In this document: positions 49,236 through 63,364 of the stretch, piece after piece
Numbering within the stretch: position 1 is the stretch's first letter
How the letters are laid out: every line of letters starts with the position of its first letter
NCBI GenBank assembly: GCA_001642005.1
Contig: LWCA01000054.1
Span: forward strand, 2,116 to 66,115
Origin: Intoshia linei
Lineage: Eukaryota; Animalia; Orthonectida
Direction: 5' to 3'
DNA length: 64,000 nt
The notes under the pieces: generated by a model
What the model was told of the DNA's origin: nothing
Database searches by the model: none
What the model saw: only the letters and a program-made list of their open reading frames with translations
Position numbers and translations under genes: made by a program

Positions 49236-49521
49236 TTATTTCTTGTCGGACAGGAGTTCTAGCATTTCGTCTTTATTGGTTAATCTTTTATTTTTTAAGC
49301 TAAAATTCTCAAACTCTAATTGATACATCAATCCATCTTTTGGTTTTGCCAGCATTAAACCCTGTTGGCCTAAATTCATCATTTACAGTGCTATATGCTA
49401 TATAGTATATATTTATACCCATGTTAACCATCCATTCACTATATTAGTTTACAACTCATAATCATTAATCAATTGACTACCACTGCATAATCAATGGTAG
49501 AAAACCGTTATATAATTTCAT
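49236..49521 (-). CDS. Hypothetical 64-aa protein; exons 49521-49481, 49438-49419, 49369-49236
   Basis: An ATG and two GT-AG introns (42 and 49 nt, typical of this genome) keep the frame: MKLYNGFLPLIMQCEWMVNMGQQGLMLAKPKDGLMYQLEFENFSLKNKRLTNKDEMLELLSDKK*. No homology recognised. Confidence 0.42.
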
Positions 49522-49637
49522 CAACTCAAATTAAAATTAAACGACTTTTTTTGTAATATCACTTCTAAAAGGATAAGTGGGTTGTTTATTCTTAATTAAT
49601 TCATGCATGGATAGTTGACAAATTTAATTAAATCGTA

Positions 49638-50414
49638 TCAATTACTCAGATTTAAATTATCCCAATTTTCAAATTTTTGTTTTATATGATTTTCAAATAT
49701 ATATTTTGAGCCATAGTGCCATACAAAAGTAAACATTAAAAGTCGTGGCACAAAGTTAAACCAAAAGTAAGGTTGGGCATTAAATCTTCTTTTCATAACC
49801 GTATTTATCGAATGATCTCTGTTTAATTGTATATAAATAAACTTGTATTCAATTTGTATTTTATTATGTATTAGCCTAATGGGAAAATCCAATCGAAAAG
49901 TAATTTCTGAATTAAAAGCATATTTATATGGAATAACTGTCCCACCTAAAAAAAGAATTTGAGATTGTCCATTATAAAATTTTTCCAAAAAAAAACTTGT
50001 AAAATTAGTTTTCGCTGTAAATTTGTATTTAGATATAATTAAATCAACAAACGTCGGATTCATTATCGAATCAACTATAGTAGATAAATAATGGAAATTA
50101 AATAAATAATTATCAAATTTTGGATGAACCACAATTAAATATAAATTTGGATCTATGTATTGTATTTTTAGAATTTGTTCTAAAGGGGTATTTACAAAAG
50201 GCAATTCACCAACTCGACGTATTGCTTTCACAAATTTTCCTGTGGTAGGTATCAAAAGTTTAACTTTATAATCAAAAATTATATTTTATTTTTTTGCATT
50301 ATGATATTCAAGTTTGTAATCCAAAATGCTTTCACCAAATTCATTTTTCAATACACATTTTTTTAATTTTTCTTTTTTTTTCCAACTAAATCCCAAGGCA
50401 GTCAAAATTACCAT
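49638..50414 (-). CDS. Orphan intronless reading frame (259 codons from ATG 50414) with one in-frame TAA at 50288-50286; possible pseudogene
   Basis: The frame is open from 50414 to 49638 except for one TAA, which is long for such AT-rich DNA. There is a hydrophobic segment near the C-terminus. Confidence 0.45.
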
Positions 50415-50433
50415 TAATTGTCCGAATTGAATT

Positions 50434-50970
50434 AATATGAATACTAAAATGCTTTTTTGACCGTGAAGTCGTCACTTATTCGGATTGAAATTTTTTGTGT
50501 ATGTTAACAGGATACAACTGTACAACTTGTAAATTTTTTGAAATTCTAGGGCTGTTTTCATTAAAAAAAGAAGGGTAATCTGTGGTTTTGATCGTGAAAA
50601 TTATCTTTTTTTATGTTTCTATTTATGATAATCTTGATGAACAGTTTAAAAATTATCCCAGAATTTATGCATAAAAAAATTTTAAGACATGTTTCATTTT
50701 TAAAACAAAGGGTAATTTGTGGTTTTGACCATAAAGGTATACGTTTCTGAAGCTGATATTAACGATAATGTTGATGATTTTAAAACGCGTTCCAGAATGT
50801 ATGCTTCATTATATTTTTAGGCTGATTTGTTTTTAAACAAAAGGGAAATTGGGTTTTTGACCGTGAAGGACTCAAATTCTGAAACTGAAAAATAAATAAA
50901 AACACGTCCTGGTAAAAACTGCATTAGAAATTTGGTTTTTTAAATCCTACGACTGTCAATTTTCTAACTA
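50434..50970 (-). mobile_element. Helitron internal fragment
   Basis: AATATGAATACTAAAATGCTTTTTTGACCGTGAAGTCGTCACTTATTC is nearly identical to ~7955-8000. Confidence 0.75.
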
Positions 50971-51117
50971 AATGGAATTCAAAAATGTACGTGTAAGTAA
51001 AAAATAGAACCACAAGGTGACTAATTTGAAATTAAGTTTATTGGTGTGTAAAACTTGATTTTAAATTATTTTATATTAGTTGTTAATATTTTAAAAACAT
51101 TGTAAAAATATCAATTG

Positions 51118-54100
51118 ATGCAAAATAATTCTAATCTACCTCCAGACATTCAAGGAATCATAAAACAAATTGAAACAAAATCACACGTGACCAAACAAAA
51201 GGTAGTTTAAAATATGTAAGTTAATGAACTCATGTACTTGAAATGTATTGTTGATAATAGAATATATATACTATTAATTTAAATTAAATTACAATGTATA
51301 TTTTTAATTAGTAATGTAGGCCTTGGAAAAATTGGAATTGAACCTGAAATGTATCATAAAAGATGAATCACATATAATTAAATTTTTGCACACATGGTCG
51401 AATCTTTTTCGAAAATATTTATTTGTATAATTGTACCTTAATACTTTGTAAGTCATAAAAATATTTAGTGTGATAATGCAGCAACTATTCTTGCTTTGTT
51501 ACAAGTTCATAAACACTTGTGTCTATATATCGGCAAAGACATTGTAAAAATTTTGAAATATATTATCGGCTATTGGTTTATAAGCTTTCAATCTTCCAAC
51601 AAGACAGTCTCAACATTATCTTTAAATATTTTTGTCGATACATTTAAAACCACTGAAAATCGAAAAAATTTGTTTATCAAATATTACAAGGATATTTTGA
51701 AAGATATTGAAATTATTTGTAATATTCAAAATTTGGAAAAGTGTCGGTATCATTTATTGTTTAAAATTATTAACATTAAATTATCATTTTAGATTAAAAT
51801 GTGATAGAGATGAAATCATTTCTTTCAGTTTTGTTTCTTTTTTAGTTTTATTTGAAAAATGCCAATTATATTTTAAACAAACATGTGATTTCGATATTTT
51901 TGTCTCTACCTTTCGCAAAATTGATGCTAATAAAATTGTAAATGTTAAGATTGTACAGGTTTGTTTATTTTTATTATAATTTACATTTTTAATTTTCTAT
52001 CATTACAGAAATTTCCATTGTCTATCACTAATTTGGTTTATATTGTTAAAGAATTTTACAATATACATGGCCATTTTTTGGAAAATGCATATAATCATGA
52101 AAATTTTGTCAAGAGTGTTTCCGTCATTTTTCTCAATTCTACAAATATCAATCTTTTATCTTTTTTTTTTAAATTTATCATATCAATTGAAAAACAAGTA
52201 TTTTTAATGTTGATTTTATTCATTTTCAAAAAAGGGAAAGGACTCAATATTGATATCAGATTTTAAAACTTTCATAGGCAAAGTTATCAGAGTTAATGAA
52301 CCGAAATTATTTAATTTATTCGCCAAAGAAGTGTCAGAATGTGCTAAAAAAGATATTGAAATTATAGAACTGGTATACAATATGTCGCTGGAGATTTTAT
52401 TTGGGTAAATATTTTTATAACATTGTAAAATGAACTACATTGTAGTAAATTTTATTGTAGAGATTTTTAAAAGACACTTGACACTTTTTTAAGTGTTTTA
52501 GAGTATTTTATTGGTGAAAACTTTTACCTGGTCAAATGCGACATAGTGCACTGGGGTTGGCAATTTTTCGATAAAATATTGATAAACAAATTATGTAGCC
52601 ATGTTATTAAATTATGGACTTAAGAGCTGAAATTTGATTTAGAAATATGAATCTTTTATGTTCTAATTTTGGAAAAAGCAAGGGTCATTTTTCAAACATT
52701 TCCTCGATCCCTTCTCCGCAGTGGTCGCGGTTACGATAGGTTCGGATCTAATCAAATTACTACCATTTAAAATACTTTTATCGATAAATTTTGATGGTTT
52801 GTCAACCCTATTCGACTCTGATCAGTATGTATGTTTATGACAACTAATATGCTGTATTTTTACTTTTTTAAATTTTTTCGTTTTATCAATGTTTAAAATT
52901 ATATATTTCCATTATAGATCTGATCAAATTAAATTTATCACCCGAAATATACAATTGAAATTATTTCTTTATATAATAGTGAATTTGTCTAATGCAATTT
53001 TTTCACTTGATGGCAATTCTAATGACTCAAAATGTATTGAAATGTTGAATACGGTATTTTTTAAAATTTATTTTGTAATTTTCGCATTGTTTACTCATTT
53101 CTGAAGCATATTTTTAATTGTATATTGCTTGAGATTTGGAATAGACTCCTGATTATTCGAAAATTTGAAAAAACGATTTTCAAGTAATGGAAAATATATC
53201 GAATTTTAGATAAAACTTGGATAAAATCTCCACAATATAAATATATAGGGTATTAATCTTCAGGTGTATCAAGTAAAAGTTGCTCAAAATGTATGTGTCT
53301 GTGTGTTATCAATTATTTAGAAAATTATTAATTCTAGAAATATAAAAAACGAAATTCTAAAGTTATGTTTTTAGTGCATTAATTAAGTTAAATTTCACTC
53401 AGAAATTTACTGCTTTACGGACAAAAATTTAATTAACAGATTTTTTTAAAATGAAAAAACTAAGTGTCCTTTTATTTGAAAAAATAAAAATGCTTATAGT
53501 TGTATTGTAAAAAAAGTTTATACCATAAAATTTGTATATTCACCGTCAAAAATACAAATTAAACGTCAGACGTTAAATTCAAGTTTGACGTGTAAATACA
53601 TTGTGTATCATACATTTAAATAAATATTTAAATACGTTGTTTTCGTGTTAAAAATACATAATTGACGTATTTTTTAACTTTAAAAAATCTACACCTTAAA
53701 AATTAAATTTACAATTAATTTATAAGATTATAAGAAAAAAATCATAAATCAAATGAATTCCATGAGTAAACAAGGTTCACCGAGCATAGATTTGATGGAC
53801 ATATTTAATCATAGATTTTGCTAATTAATGATATTATTGATTTTTTGAACAATTTTGTAGGTTCCTTTAAGGAAAATTTTTTTAATCTAATTTTTAAAGA
53901 TTTGAAGATAATATTGGTCCCAAAATTGGGTAAAATTTGTAAGGTATAATTGTTAGTTAAAAATATATTTCTGTTTGTTCCAGTTTAGTTAATAAAGTAA
54001 GAGGAATCGTGTTGTAAAAATTCTATATTTCTATAACAGTTTTCGATAGTGTTGTTTTATCGCAAATTTTATTTCAAAAACCCCAATTATCCTTTTTTTT

Positions 54101-57100
54101 AAATTTATCAATATTATGATAATTTTCAATTTCAAAATCTTATATCTTCACGGCCAAAACCACAACCTTTTTTGTCAAAATTAAGAATGTCCTAGAATTT
54201 TATGCAAATTATAAATTCTGGGATGGTTTTTAAATTCATAAGTATTATCATAAATGAAAACTTAAAAAAGAATCATTTTCATATTTAAAACCAGATTACA
54301 TTTTTTTACAAATGAAGACAGACCTAGAATTTTAAAAAAAGTTACTGATGATACAGTTATATCGAGTTAACTCACACAAAAATTTTCAATCTGAAAAAGT
54401 GACGATTTCACGGTCAAAAAAACACTTTAGTATTCATTTTTTTTATTTTGCTACTATTTTATTAAAACAAAAAATTTGAAATAATGAACGTTCCTACAAT
54501 TAAAAAAAAATTATTCTGATGTAGCATATTCTAGTTGATATAGATACAAAATCTCAATCCCAGAAATCTACGCATTCCCAGTGAAAAATAACTTACTATG
54601 TTACATTTAATGGTTTTCAAATATCTGAATTAAAAATGAAAATATTTTACAATTTCAAAAAAAATGTGCATTGAACGTCTACACATTTCCAATAGATATA
54701 GATGCACGGAAATATCATAAATTCATTGCTTGGGCTTTTTTCATTGGTTTTTATAATTTATTATTTAAATTTAAATTAAAATATATCCAATTTTTATTTT
54801 TTAATACTTGACGACCAAATGTACAAATTACCCTTTGCTTTAAAAATGAAAAAAGTCGGAAAATTTCAATAATTAATATTTTAAAATATAGTGAAAACAA
54901 TACAATTATTGTTACAACCCTAAAAAATCGTCATAAATAGCATGAACTCTAAAAAAAATAAAATTGTAAATCTACATATTGATTTCTCCAAAAATTATAA
55001 TTTGGTAAAATATTTTCAGTGTTCTTTTTGATTAATAAGAATTATTTTTAATCAATAATGGATTCATCCCTTTTAAACATATTTTTTGGATGAAGGAATT
55101 GTCCGTTTTGTACCAAATTACCAAAGGTATATTTCAATTTACCATAAGCTTTGCCTGTTTTTGAAAATCAGAAAAAGTGTAGCAATGTTAAAAAAACTAA
55201 AGGAATCAATTTATAATACTGAAACCCAGATTTCTGTAATTCAATCATGTACTTTAAATTCTTTAAATTTTTTTTCGAAAAGAGTAAATAGAACATTCAT
55301 CTTTTCACCGGTCAAGGTGTAACTTTGTGAGATTGAATATTTTGTATGTGTTAACTGAAAATAACTAATATTATCTGTGATGTTTTTTTAAATTGTAGGG
55401 CTATAAATTCCGAAATAATAAAAATGAAAAAAATTCCGAAGGAATGAATTATATCGATTTTCACCCATATTTCTTTATTGGAAATGTGTAGACGTTCAAT
55501 ACACATTTTTTGATAAAATTGTAGGATCAATATTTTCAATTTTTATTTTAAATTTAAATTGGTTTTTATCATTTTTTGAAAATAAGGAATAATTTGGGAT
55601 AATAATAGTTTTGACTGAGAAGATATACGTTTTTGAGGTTGAAATTTATGAAAATATTTATGATTTTCAAAACTATCATATTTTATGTTTTGTAAATTTT
55701 GGGAGCCATTTAATTTAAAAAAAAGGGTATTTTAGGATTTTGATCATGAAGATTCAAGTTTATGAGATTGAAATTTACGATAACATTAATTATTTCAAAA
55801 ATTGTGTTATAATTGGTATTTTGAAAACTTTACGCCTTGTATTTTTTTGAATAAATGTTTACAAACAGGTATATATTTGGCTGAATTACTTTATATAAGT
55901 TAGGATTTGTATGAGACTATTGAAAATGATTTACCCACATCTAGTGAGTTATATATAATTATAAAATTTTCAAAATATGAAACACCCTAATAGGCCTTTT
56001 TAAAATTTAAATTTTAGCTAATGTGGACATTTGTGCAGATTTTGATTGATAATTATAACGAACTAAAATTTATTGAAGCTATATTACAAGTTCAATATTC
56101 TGGAAACGTTATTTATTTAATTATATCCCATATATACATGAGGATTATGACGTCATATACGTATACTTTTAATGATAATTCAAAAGATGATAAAGACTTG
56201 AGGTATGATTATTTGCGAGAAATGAAATGTATGATTACAAGATATGCCATTGATTCTAAATATATACTTGATAAAGGAAATTTTGATGCATTATGTCCCA
56301 GTTCAAAAAAAGCGTTTACCAATCAATTGACAGAAATTTACATTCAATTAAAAACAGAAAACCAATTGGAATGTAGTAAAATTGAACATGTGCAATACGA
56401 GAAAATTAATTATCAATGCGCGTCTCTTTCACATGCGTTGACCTCTGTTGAAATATATACTTGTATGAAAATTTTAAAAGATTTACAAAAACCGATATAC
56501 CAATTTTTAAATAAAATGGACGATGAATTTGACAATACTATATGCTTAAACAAATTAATTTCAAATTTAAACATTTTATACATGAATTTGTGTGTTTCAA
56601 AAATTAGAAACTATTTATCTGTATATCAAACTTTTTTAAAGGATCCTCTTAATTTTTATTTGTTCAAGTTTTTACTTGACCAAAAACATATAGTTTGGTT
56701 TTTTAGAAACATGTTTGAAGAAAATCTTGATATTGATCATTATCTGTTTACTAGATTGTTGTTTCCATTTTTTGTAAATGTTTATATGGACGACGCATCA
56801 CGATTCTACACTGCATTTGATTCACGTTGTAGCGTCTTTGCAAGTATGTTTGTTATTAAATTTTCAACAGATGAAAAAAATGACAAAATTTCAAAACCAG
56901 TAATATTCGAAAAAATAAAAAATATATTTGAAAATCAAAATTTCCAATACCTATTCAATAATTTCATACAGTTTAATAACCATTTGAATATAGATACTTT
57001 TAAAATATACGCCATTCCTATATATACATGTCTATATTATTATTCTGTTAATTTACCAAAATTTGTTGAATTATTTGTGACGATACCTTTCACTGAATGT

Positions 57101-60100
57101 AGTCATTTTATCCATGTTTTTTCTTCAATATTAATATATCAAATCTCAAAATTTGCAAATTTAGATAAAAATTCAATATATGTTTTAATTTTGGACTATA
57201 TAAGTGATGTATATATTTGCATCCAAAAAATTTCAAATCTGTGCAATGAATCTTTTAAAGTGTACAAGAATGTTTTGCGTGATGTAATTTTTTATACATT
57301 CACACATTATGTCTTCAAGGACATTGCATGTTTTGATGGTAAAAAAAAAAAATGTAACCAAGTTTATCCAATATTATTTGCCATTTCCACACTATCCGAA
57401 TTATTCCTCAATACCAACCATATTTTGCATGATGAAATGGATTTGAAATTTTTATCCATCTTTGCTTCTAAAAATTTTTTAATTTTCTTAAAATACGTAT
57501 TTTCCCATTCCACTTCTAGATTCAGTGTTAAGACTGACAATGAAACAAAATCATTTTTAAAAAAAAATATTTATGTGATTGTTATGCGTGTATATTTGAT
57601 ATTTGAAGTGGTTTGTTTGAAAATGAAGAGATTTAGTCAAGTTGAATCTTTAAAAAATTTTTTTGTCGATAATTTATCTGTAAAGGGAATTTATTTTGAA
57701 TGCGATTATGATTTTTTGTTTTATTGTGTTGTTCTTTCTAGATTATATGTAATTTTGGATCAAAAAAAATTTAAATTATATGAATATTTTGATGATCCAA
57801 AGGTTAATCTTTTATATCAACTGTACACTCAAAATTTAATCTACTATTGCATAATAAATAAATTGGATCAATGGTTATTTTATACAGACAAACCGTACGT
57901 TTACTGTGATTTAGTGAATCATGAATCGAATCATGTAAATGTCCCCCAGGGTTTATCAAAATTCTGCACCATTTTATTGGTTACAAAATTGTACATTATG
58001 AAATCTTTTGGTAATACTTATCATTTACCAGAAATTAATAAATATCTCAGCAAATGCCATGTTTTGTATAAAAGTTTGCTTTTTGTTTTGTTTAATTGCT
58101 CCCGAAAATGCGGAGTATGCCAAAAATTGTTCAAATACCATGAAAATATGTATATAATACTACACGAGCATGTGTTTGGTTCCGAAAATGTTTTTTATGC
58201 CATTTTAGCATCAGATTTGAATTGTGAAATGATTGAACTGGAATTTTTACAATTACAAGAAAAAATGGCTTTCGATGTATTGAATTACCCGTGTAACGAA
58301 TTGCGAAATGTGAAATTTTCTGTAGATGATTTTACTGCATGTATCAATTTAATTAAAACGGAAATTAGAAAAAATGAAGATATTTCATTTTATAAATCTC
58401 GTATTTTCTTGAAATTGCTAGAAAATGAAACCGAAATCTTGAAATTAGATTCAAGTGGTAAAAAATCTCAAAAATCTTTATTTTTTTCAAATTTTATTGA
58501 TGGCACTTTAATTCAAAGTCAAACTCATGAATCGAATATTGATCTTGACAGAGAAATGGAATTGAAGCACACGTGTTGTAAAATTTATCGTGACAATTTT
58601 TCAAAAATATTGAAACAACTGACCAACGATTCAAATGCACAATTTCAACCAGTCGCAAACCTTATTTTACATTTTAATTTAGATTATTTTGACGAATCGA
58701 TCAAAGACGTCAAGGTTGAAATTTACAATTTTTTGTATATAGTTAGAGAAGCTTTATTGAATTGGCCAAATAATGATAATTTTGTGTGGATATATTCCTA
58801 TTTCTTGTTAAATTTAAATTTTAACAGCAATTTAATTGAAAAAAAAATTATTGTTGATATTATATACATTTTTATATTGAGAGAAAGGCAAAGCAATGTC
58901 GGATTTAAATTGGATTTTATCAATGTAGTCAAATTTTTGAAGGGTGTTGATGATGGAATTTTGTTGCATGCGTTGAATTCTTATAGTGATTTATTTATTT
59001 CTCATTTTGATTGTTTCAATTTTACTTCAACTTGCAATTCTAGTATAATTTGCCTTTATATGCCTTATTTGCAGGCAAAATGTTGTACACTATTATTTAA
59101 TGATTTTCAAAAATTGGTACTGTTGAAAGATTATGATTTTAAAAATCAAACGATTGAAACGTATTCAAGTCTTTATCAATTACAAAAAAACTTTTCCAAA
59201 ATTAAATTAAAATTTTTGGTTGGAAATTGCGAAAATAAAAAACAAGAATTTTTAATGTATATATTCATATGGGACATTTTAATAAGTGTTATTAATAATT
59301 TGCAAGAAATGTATCTGATTCATGGAAATTTATATTTCAATTGCTTAAAAACTTGTGTCGAACAGTGTGCATCTCTTTTTAATTCAAATCAAATTGTGTA
59401 TATTTGTGTTGATGCCATTTTAAAAAATGATAAATTGAAGAGTACCCACGTTTTTTTTGTTTACCAACTTTTTCGTAATCTCATCAAAACTAATCCAAGA
59501 TACATTTCAATGGCACTTGACAATGTTTCTCCATTTTGCTGTCAACATTTTTATAAAATTTATACCAAATTTAAAATTGGTTCATTTATTTTTCAGTCTC
59601 ATATTGATAAACTACGAGAATATATTTGTAGAAATAAATCCTTTTCAATGAATATAAAAAACAAAGTTGTAAATACAAAAAATTTTATTTTAAAATATAC
59701 TATATCTGATGTCATTATTACTCTACATTTGTCTATTGATAATCTTTATCCCATTTCTAATGTTAAAACTACATTTTCAACTAATTTTAACCCGTCAGAT
59801 AATAAAATTAGACAATGGGTGTTCAAAATCGAAAAACACTTGAAATATTCGGTACTTTTTTACATTTTTTATACGTTTATGTTTTTATTTTGAAATTAGC
59901 ATACTAATTTATCAATGGTGGCTTCTTTTTTGAAAGATTTATTTGCCAAGGAATTTAAAGATTCGTCGGAATGTTTAATTTGTTTTTCCTATTTTGATCA
60001 AAGTCGACGTAAGTATCCAGATATGAAGTGCCCGCAATGTTTAAAGTTATATCATCAAGATTGTCTAGTATTTTTTTATTTTATTTTGTTTTTATCTTTT

Positions 60101-60183
60101 TTAAGAAATCATGGATTACTCAGCGACAAAAAAATTTATCTGACAGTACTTGCCCGCATTGTCTAGCTAAAATTACAATCTAA
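51118..60183 (+). CDS. LTN1: E3 ubiquitin ligase listerin (ribosome quality control)
   Basis: N-terminal IIKQIETKSHVTKQKALEKL..FLHTWSNLF..ILKYIIGYWF resembles the Ltn1 N-terminal HEAT region. A large exon spans ~56018-59851, including an RWD-like LHLSIDNLYPI..IRQW. The C-terminal RING is FKDSSECLICFS..PDMKCPQCLKLYHQDCLKSW..STCPHC. Confidence 0.9.
53960..54960 (+). mobile_element. Helitron-family fragments in an LTN1 intron (more fragments at ~53290-53700 and ~55290-55905)
   Basis: Reverse complement of the family body, e.g. GTGACGATTTCACGGTCAAAAA, CCCAGAAATCTACGCATTCC and ATGTGCATTGAACGTCTACACATTTCC. Boundaries are approximate. Confidence 0.7.
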
Positions 60184-63064
60184 CAGATTTATATCGTTTT
60201 AATGGTTATGTATCAATATTTTTTAGGTTTAAATGTTTATTTTATAATAAACTTTACTTTATAATTTTATATATTTCATGAAATTTTTTATTTCTTTGTC
60301 TGTTTTTGTGCTTGTGGTCGTTATTAATGGTATTTTAATATATTAATAAATGTATTTTGAATGTTGTTTTTATATATTTAAACTTTATAGGAGGTATTGG
60401 TGTAAATTACAAGATACATATTATTTTTTTAGGAAGTATGTTTTCTTTGTACTGTTTAGCTGTTTTTCTTATTTTTTTTATAAAGTTTGTAAATTTAAAT
60501 TTATTTTTTTTAATTTTGTTTATTACTGATTGTGCCATGTTTAATTTAAAAATTATAGTTTGTAAAATTTTTTTTTATTTTATTTTTAAATTTTAATTAC
60601 ATTTATTCTACAGCACGTAAACTTTAAAAATTTTTAACTTATATTATCAAAATTTTATTCAATTCAATTTTTTCTTACCTTTTTTTAATATTAAGTTATT
60701 TTAAACTTTTTGGTATGGTACATAGATGTATTTATTATTTTCTAAATTGGATCTTAGTCCATTGACAGAGGATGGCCGCGAACAGTGGACTATGTCCACT
60801 GGACATGGTTAGATTAAAATTATTATGATATTCAAGAATATAATTTTTTTAATGCAAAAATTGGAGAAATGGGGCCGCTATTTTCAAAAATTCCACTGAA
60901 AAATAGTCTCTGATACGGTAAGTTTTGAACGTTGAATCATAGCCTATTTTTTAATTGATAATTTTTAAACTAAGGTGGTAATTTAATACTTTAATTAATA
61001 ATAATTAATAATTGTATTAATTTATATTATTAAATTAACTTAAATATAATGTATTCTTATGTTTATTGTATATATATGTATTATCTCATATTTGATGCGT
61101 TATTTATACTCATATGTAGTCTGTAATATAATTATGTTTATTGGAATGTTAATTTTTTTCGTTAAATTTAAATTAAAAAAATTACGAGGATTTTTAAATT
61201 GCAGAACACGTCAATGTTTTTGCAGTAATTTTAAAAACAAACACAATATATGTTATTTTTATTGCATCTATCATACCGTACGGCTTGGTATTTCCTTATT
61301 TTATAATATTTTATTAAAAACTTAACACGCTAATGTTTATATATTTATTTAGAAATTATTAAAATATTTTAAAAATTAGACAGTAAGTTTTATGGAATTA
61401 TTTAATGAGCAAATTGCACTTGCAAATAAAATTTTTGCTTTGCAAACAAATATTTTTAGTTTTAAAACATTTCATTAATTTTACAATACTAAGCATCTCA
61501 GATTTTCATCGGTTTTAAAAGTGTTTTATTAAGTTTTACTAAGTTGAGAAAGTGAAAATTGATTGATCAATTAATACTAAATAAAACCAATATAATGTTA
61601 ATATTTTAAAGATGGTAATTAAAAAAGATTTATATATAAAAACTAAGCTTGGCAATCGATAAAAATTAGCGTCAGAATATTTTTATCGGTAAATTTAATT
61701 TTATTAATCTATTTTTAAATTATTATTGAAACATTTGAAATCTAAACATTCTCATCTTGAAAATAAGGATAAAAACTATTTTCTTACTAATTCAACTTAA
61801 CTAAGGTTGTTAAATGAAAAATGATTTATTAATGATTAATTTATTGTTAATTAAAAATTAAATAAAATGACCGGTAATTTATTGGTAAAAGATTATTAGG
61901 TAAATTGCCAATCCTAATAAATACTGAAAAAACGTTAATGCAATTTTTCTGACATCATAAAATTTAAATTAATTTAAATAGATGGTATTTTTATACTACT
62001 TGTATTGTATTTTATAATATACTGTACTACTAATACATTAAAATTAAAAAACACAATTTCAATTATTATTAGTTGGTAAAATTATTCACAATTTTCACTT
62101 TTCGTAACAAATTATATAAAAAAACGTAGCAAGCACACTATAAGTTATTAAAGGTTAGATTAATACAAGAGAGTAGTAAAACGTTGTAACTCAATTTGGG
62201 AGTAAGGACCACCAAATTTAAAAAATTAATCATGAAATCATAAATAAATTGAATAAAATTTCTACCATTATAAATTTTATATTGGTTAATGTATTCGTTA
62301 TATAAAATATGTTTTTTCTTTAGTAAAGTCTTTATTAAATTTATGGATTTGGTCCATTTTTTATATTCTATTGTATTATTAGATGGTACACGAAAATTAT
62401 TATTAATTCAATAATGTTTGTATTTCATTAACTAAATTTAAAAAGCAAGTAATTTATAGAAATATAATCAAGTACACTCAAATCCTTGATAATTAACAGA
62501 CCGCCAAGCTTTTAACGCCGTGTTGTTTATTAAAAGTCAACAATTCATTGAATTTCAATGTATGTTAATCCTTTGTTTTTTTTAATTTTTAGAAAAAAGA
62601 TATACTAGTTTTTTATCATCAAAAAGTTTGGAATTTACAAATTGTAATTTTCTAATTATATTAAATTAAAATACATTGAATGTGGTAGTTTAAATTTAAA
62701 TTAAATAATGTACAATGTACAGTACACAATTTTTATCATTTAAATATCAAATAAGTACATACTATTTTGTTCTAAATAGAAGTACAAATAGTGAAACGGT
62801 TCGTTATTAAGGGATTTGACTGTACTATAATATTGTTTCAACTCTAACATTTTATTTTGAATAGTTCGTATTCCATTTAAAAATATTAAAATATGCAATA
62901 AATTTAATTTATTTAACATCATTTAATAATACAAAATATTTTAAATTTTTGTACAGCAGGTATCATAATCATAAATGTAATTTTAACATATTTAACGTTA
63001 AACAATATTTGCATATTCAGTGAGTAATTTTTTATTATATTAATTATGTTTCACCGGGAATGCA

Positions 63065-63364
63065 AAAAAAGGAATGTTGTTTTGGCCCTGAATATATATT
63101 TTTTTAAATTCTCTAACTCGGTTGATTTTAAAAAAAAAGTACAATTGGGGTTTTTGACTCGTAAGATGTGAGCTTGGCAGGTTGAAATTTATTTTGCTAT
63201 ACCCGGAAAAACTGTAATAGAAATGTGGACATTATAAAATTCTACGACTGGTAATTATTGAAATAAACGGTAACACACACACAAAAGCAAAACAAAAGCA
63301 TATTATATACAATTATTATTAAGTTATTAATTATTATTATTATTAATACAATATTAAGTAAGGA
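63065..63364 (-). mobile_element. Helitron 5' fragment
   Basis: TTTTGGCCCTGAA..GTAAGATGTGAG..AACACACACACAAAA..AAGTAAGGA|T, as at 10285-10598. Confidence 0.7.

Noticed and set aside
50286-50288. In-frame TAA as evidence of stop-codon reassignment
   Set aside because: TAA ends FAXDC2, UFC1, IMP4 and LTN1 at their expected C-termini, and no conserved exon contains an internal stop.
60357-62922. Short hydrophobic ORFs (60357, 61059, 62740)
   Set aside because: They are F/I/L/K/N-rich by-products of extreme AT content, with no splice-consistent model or motif.
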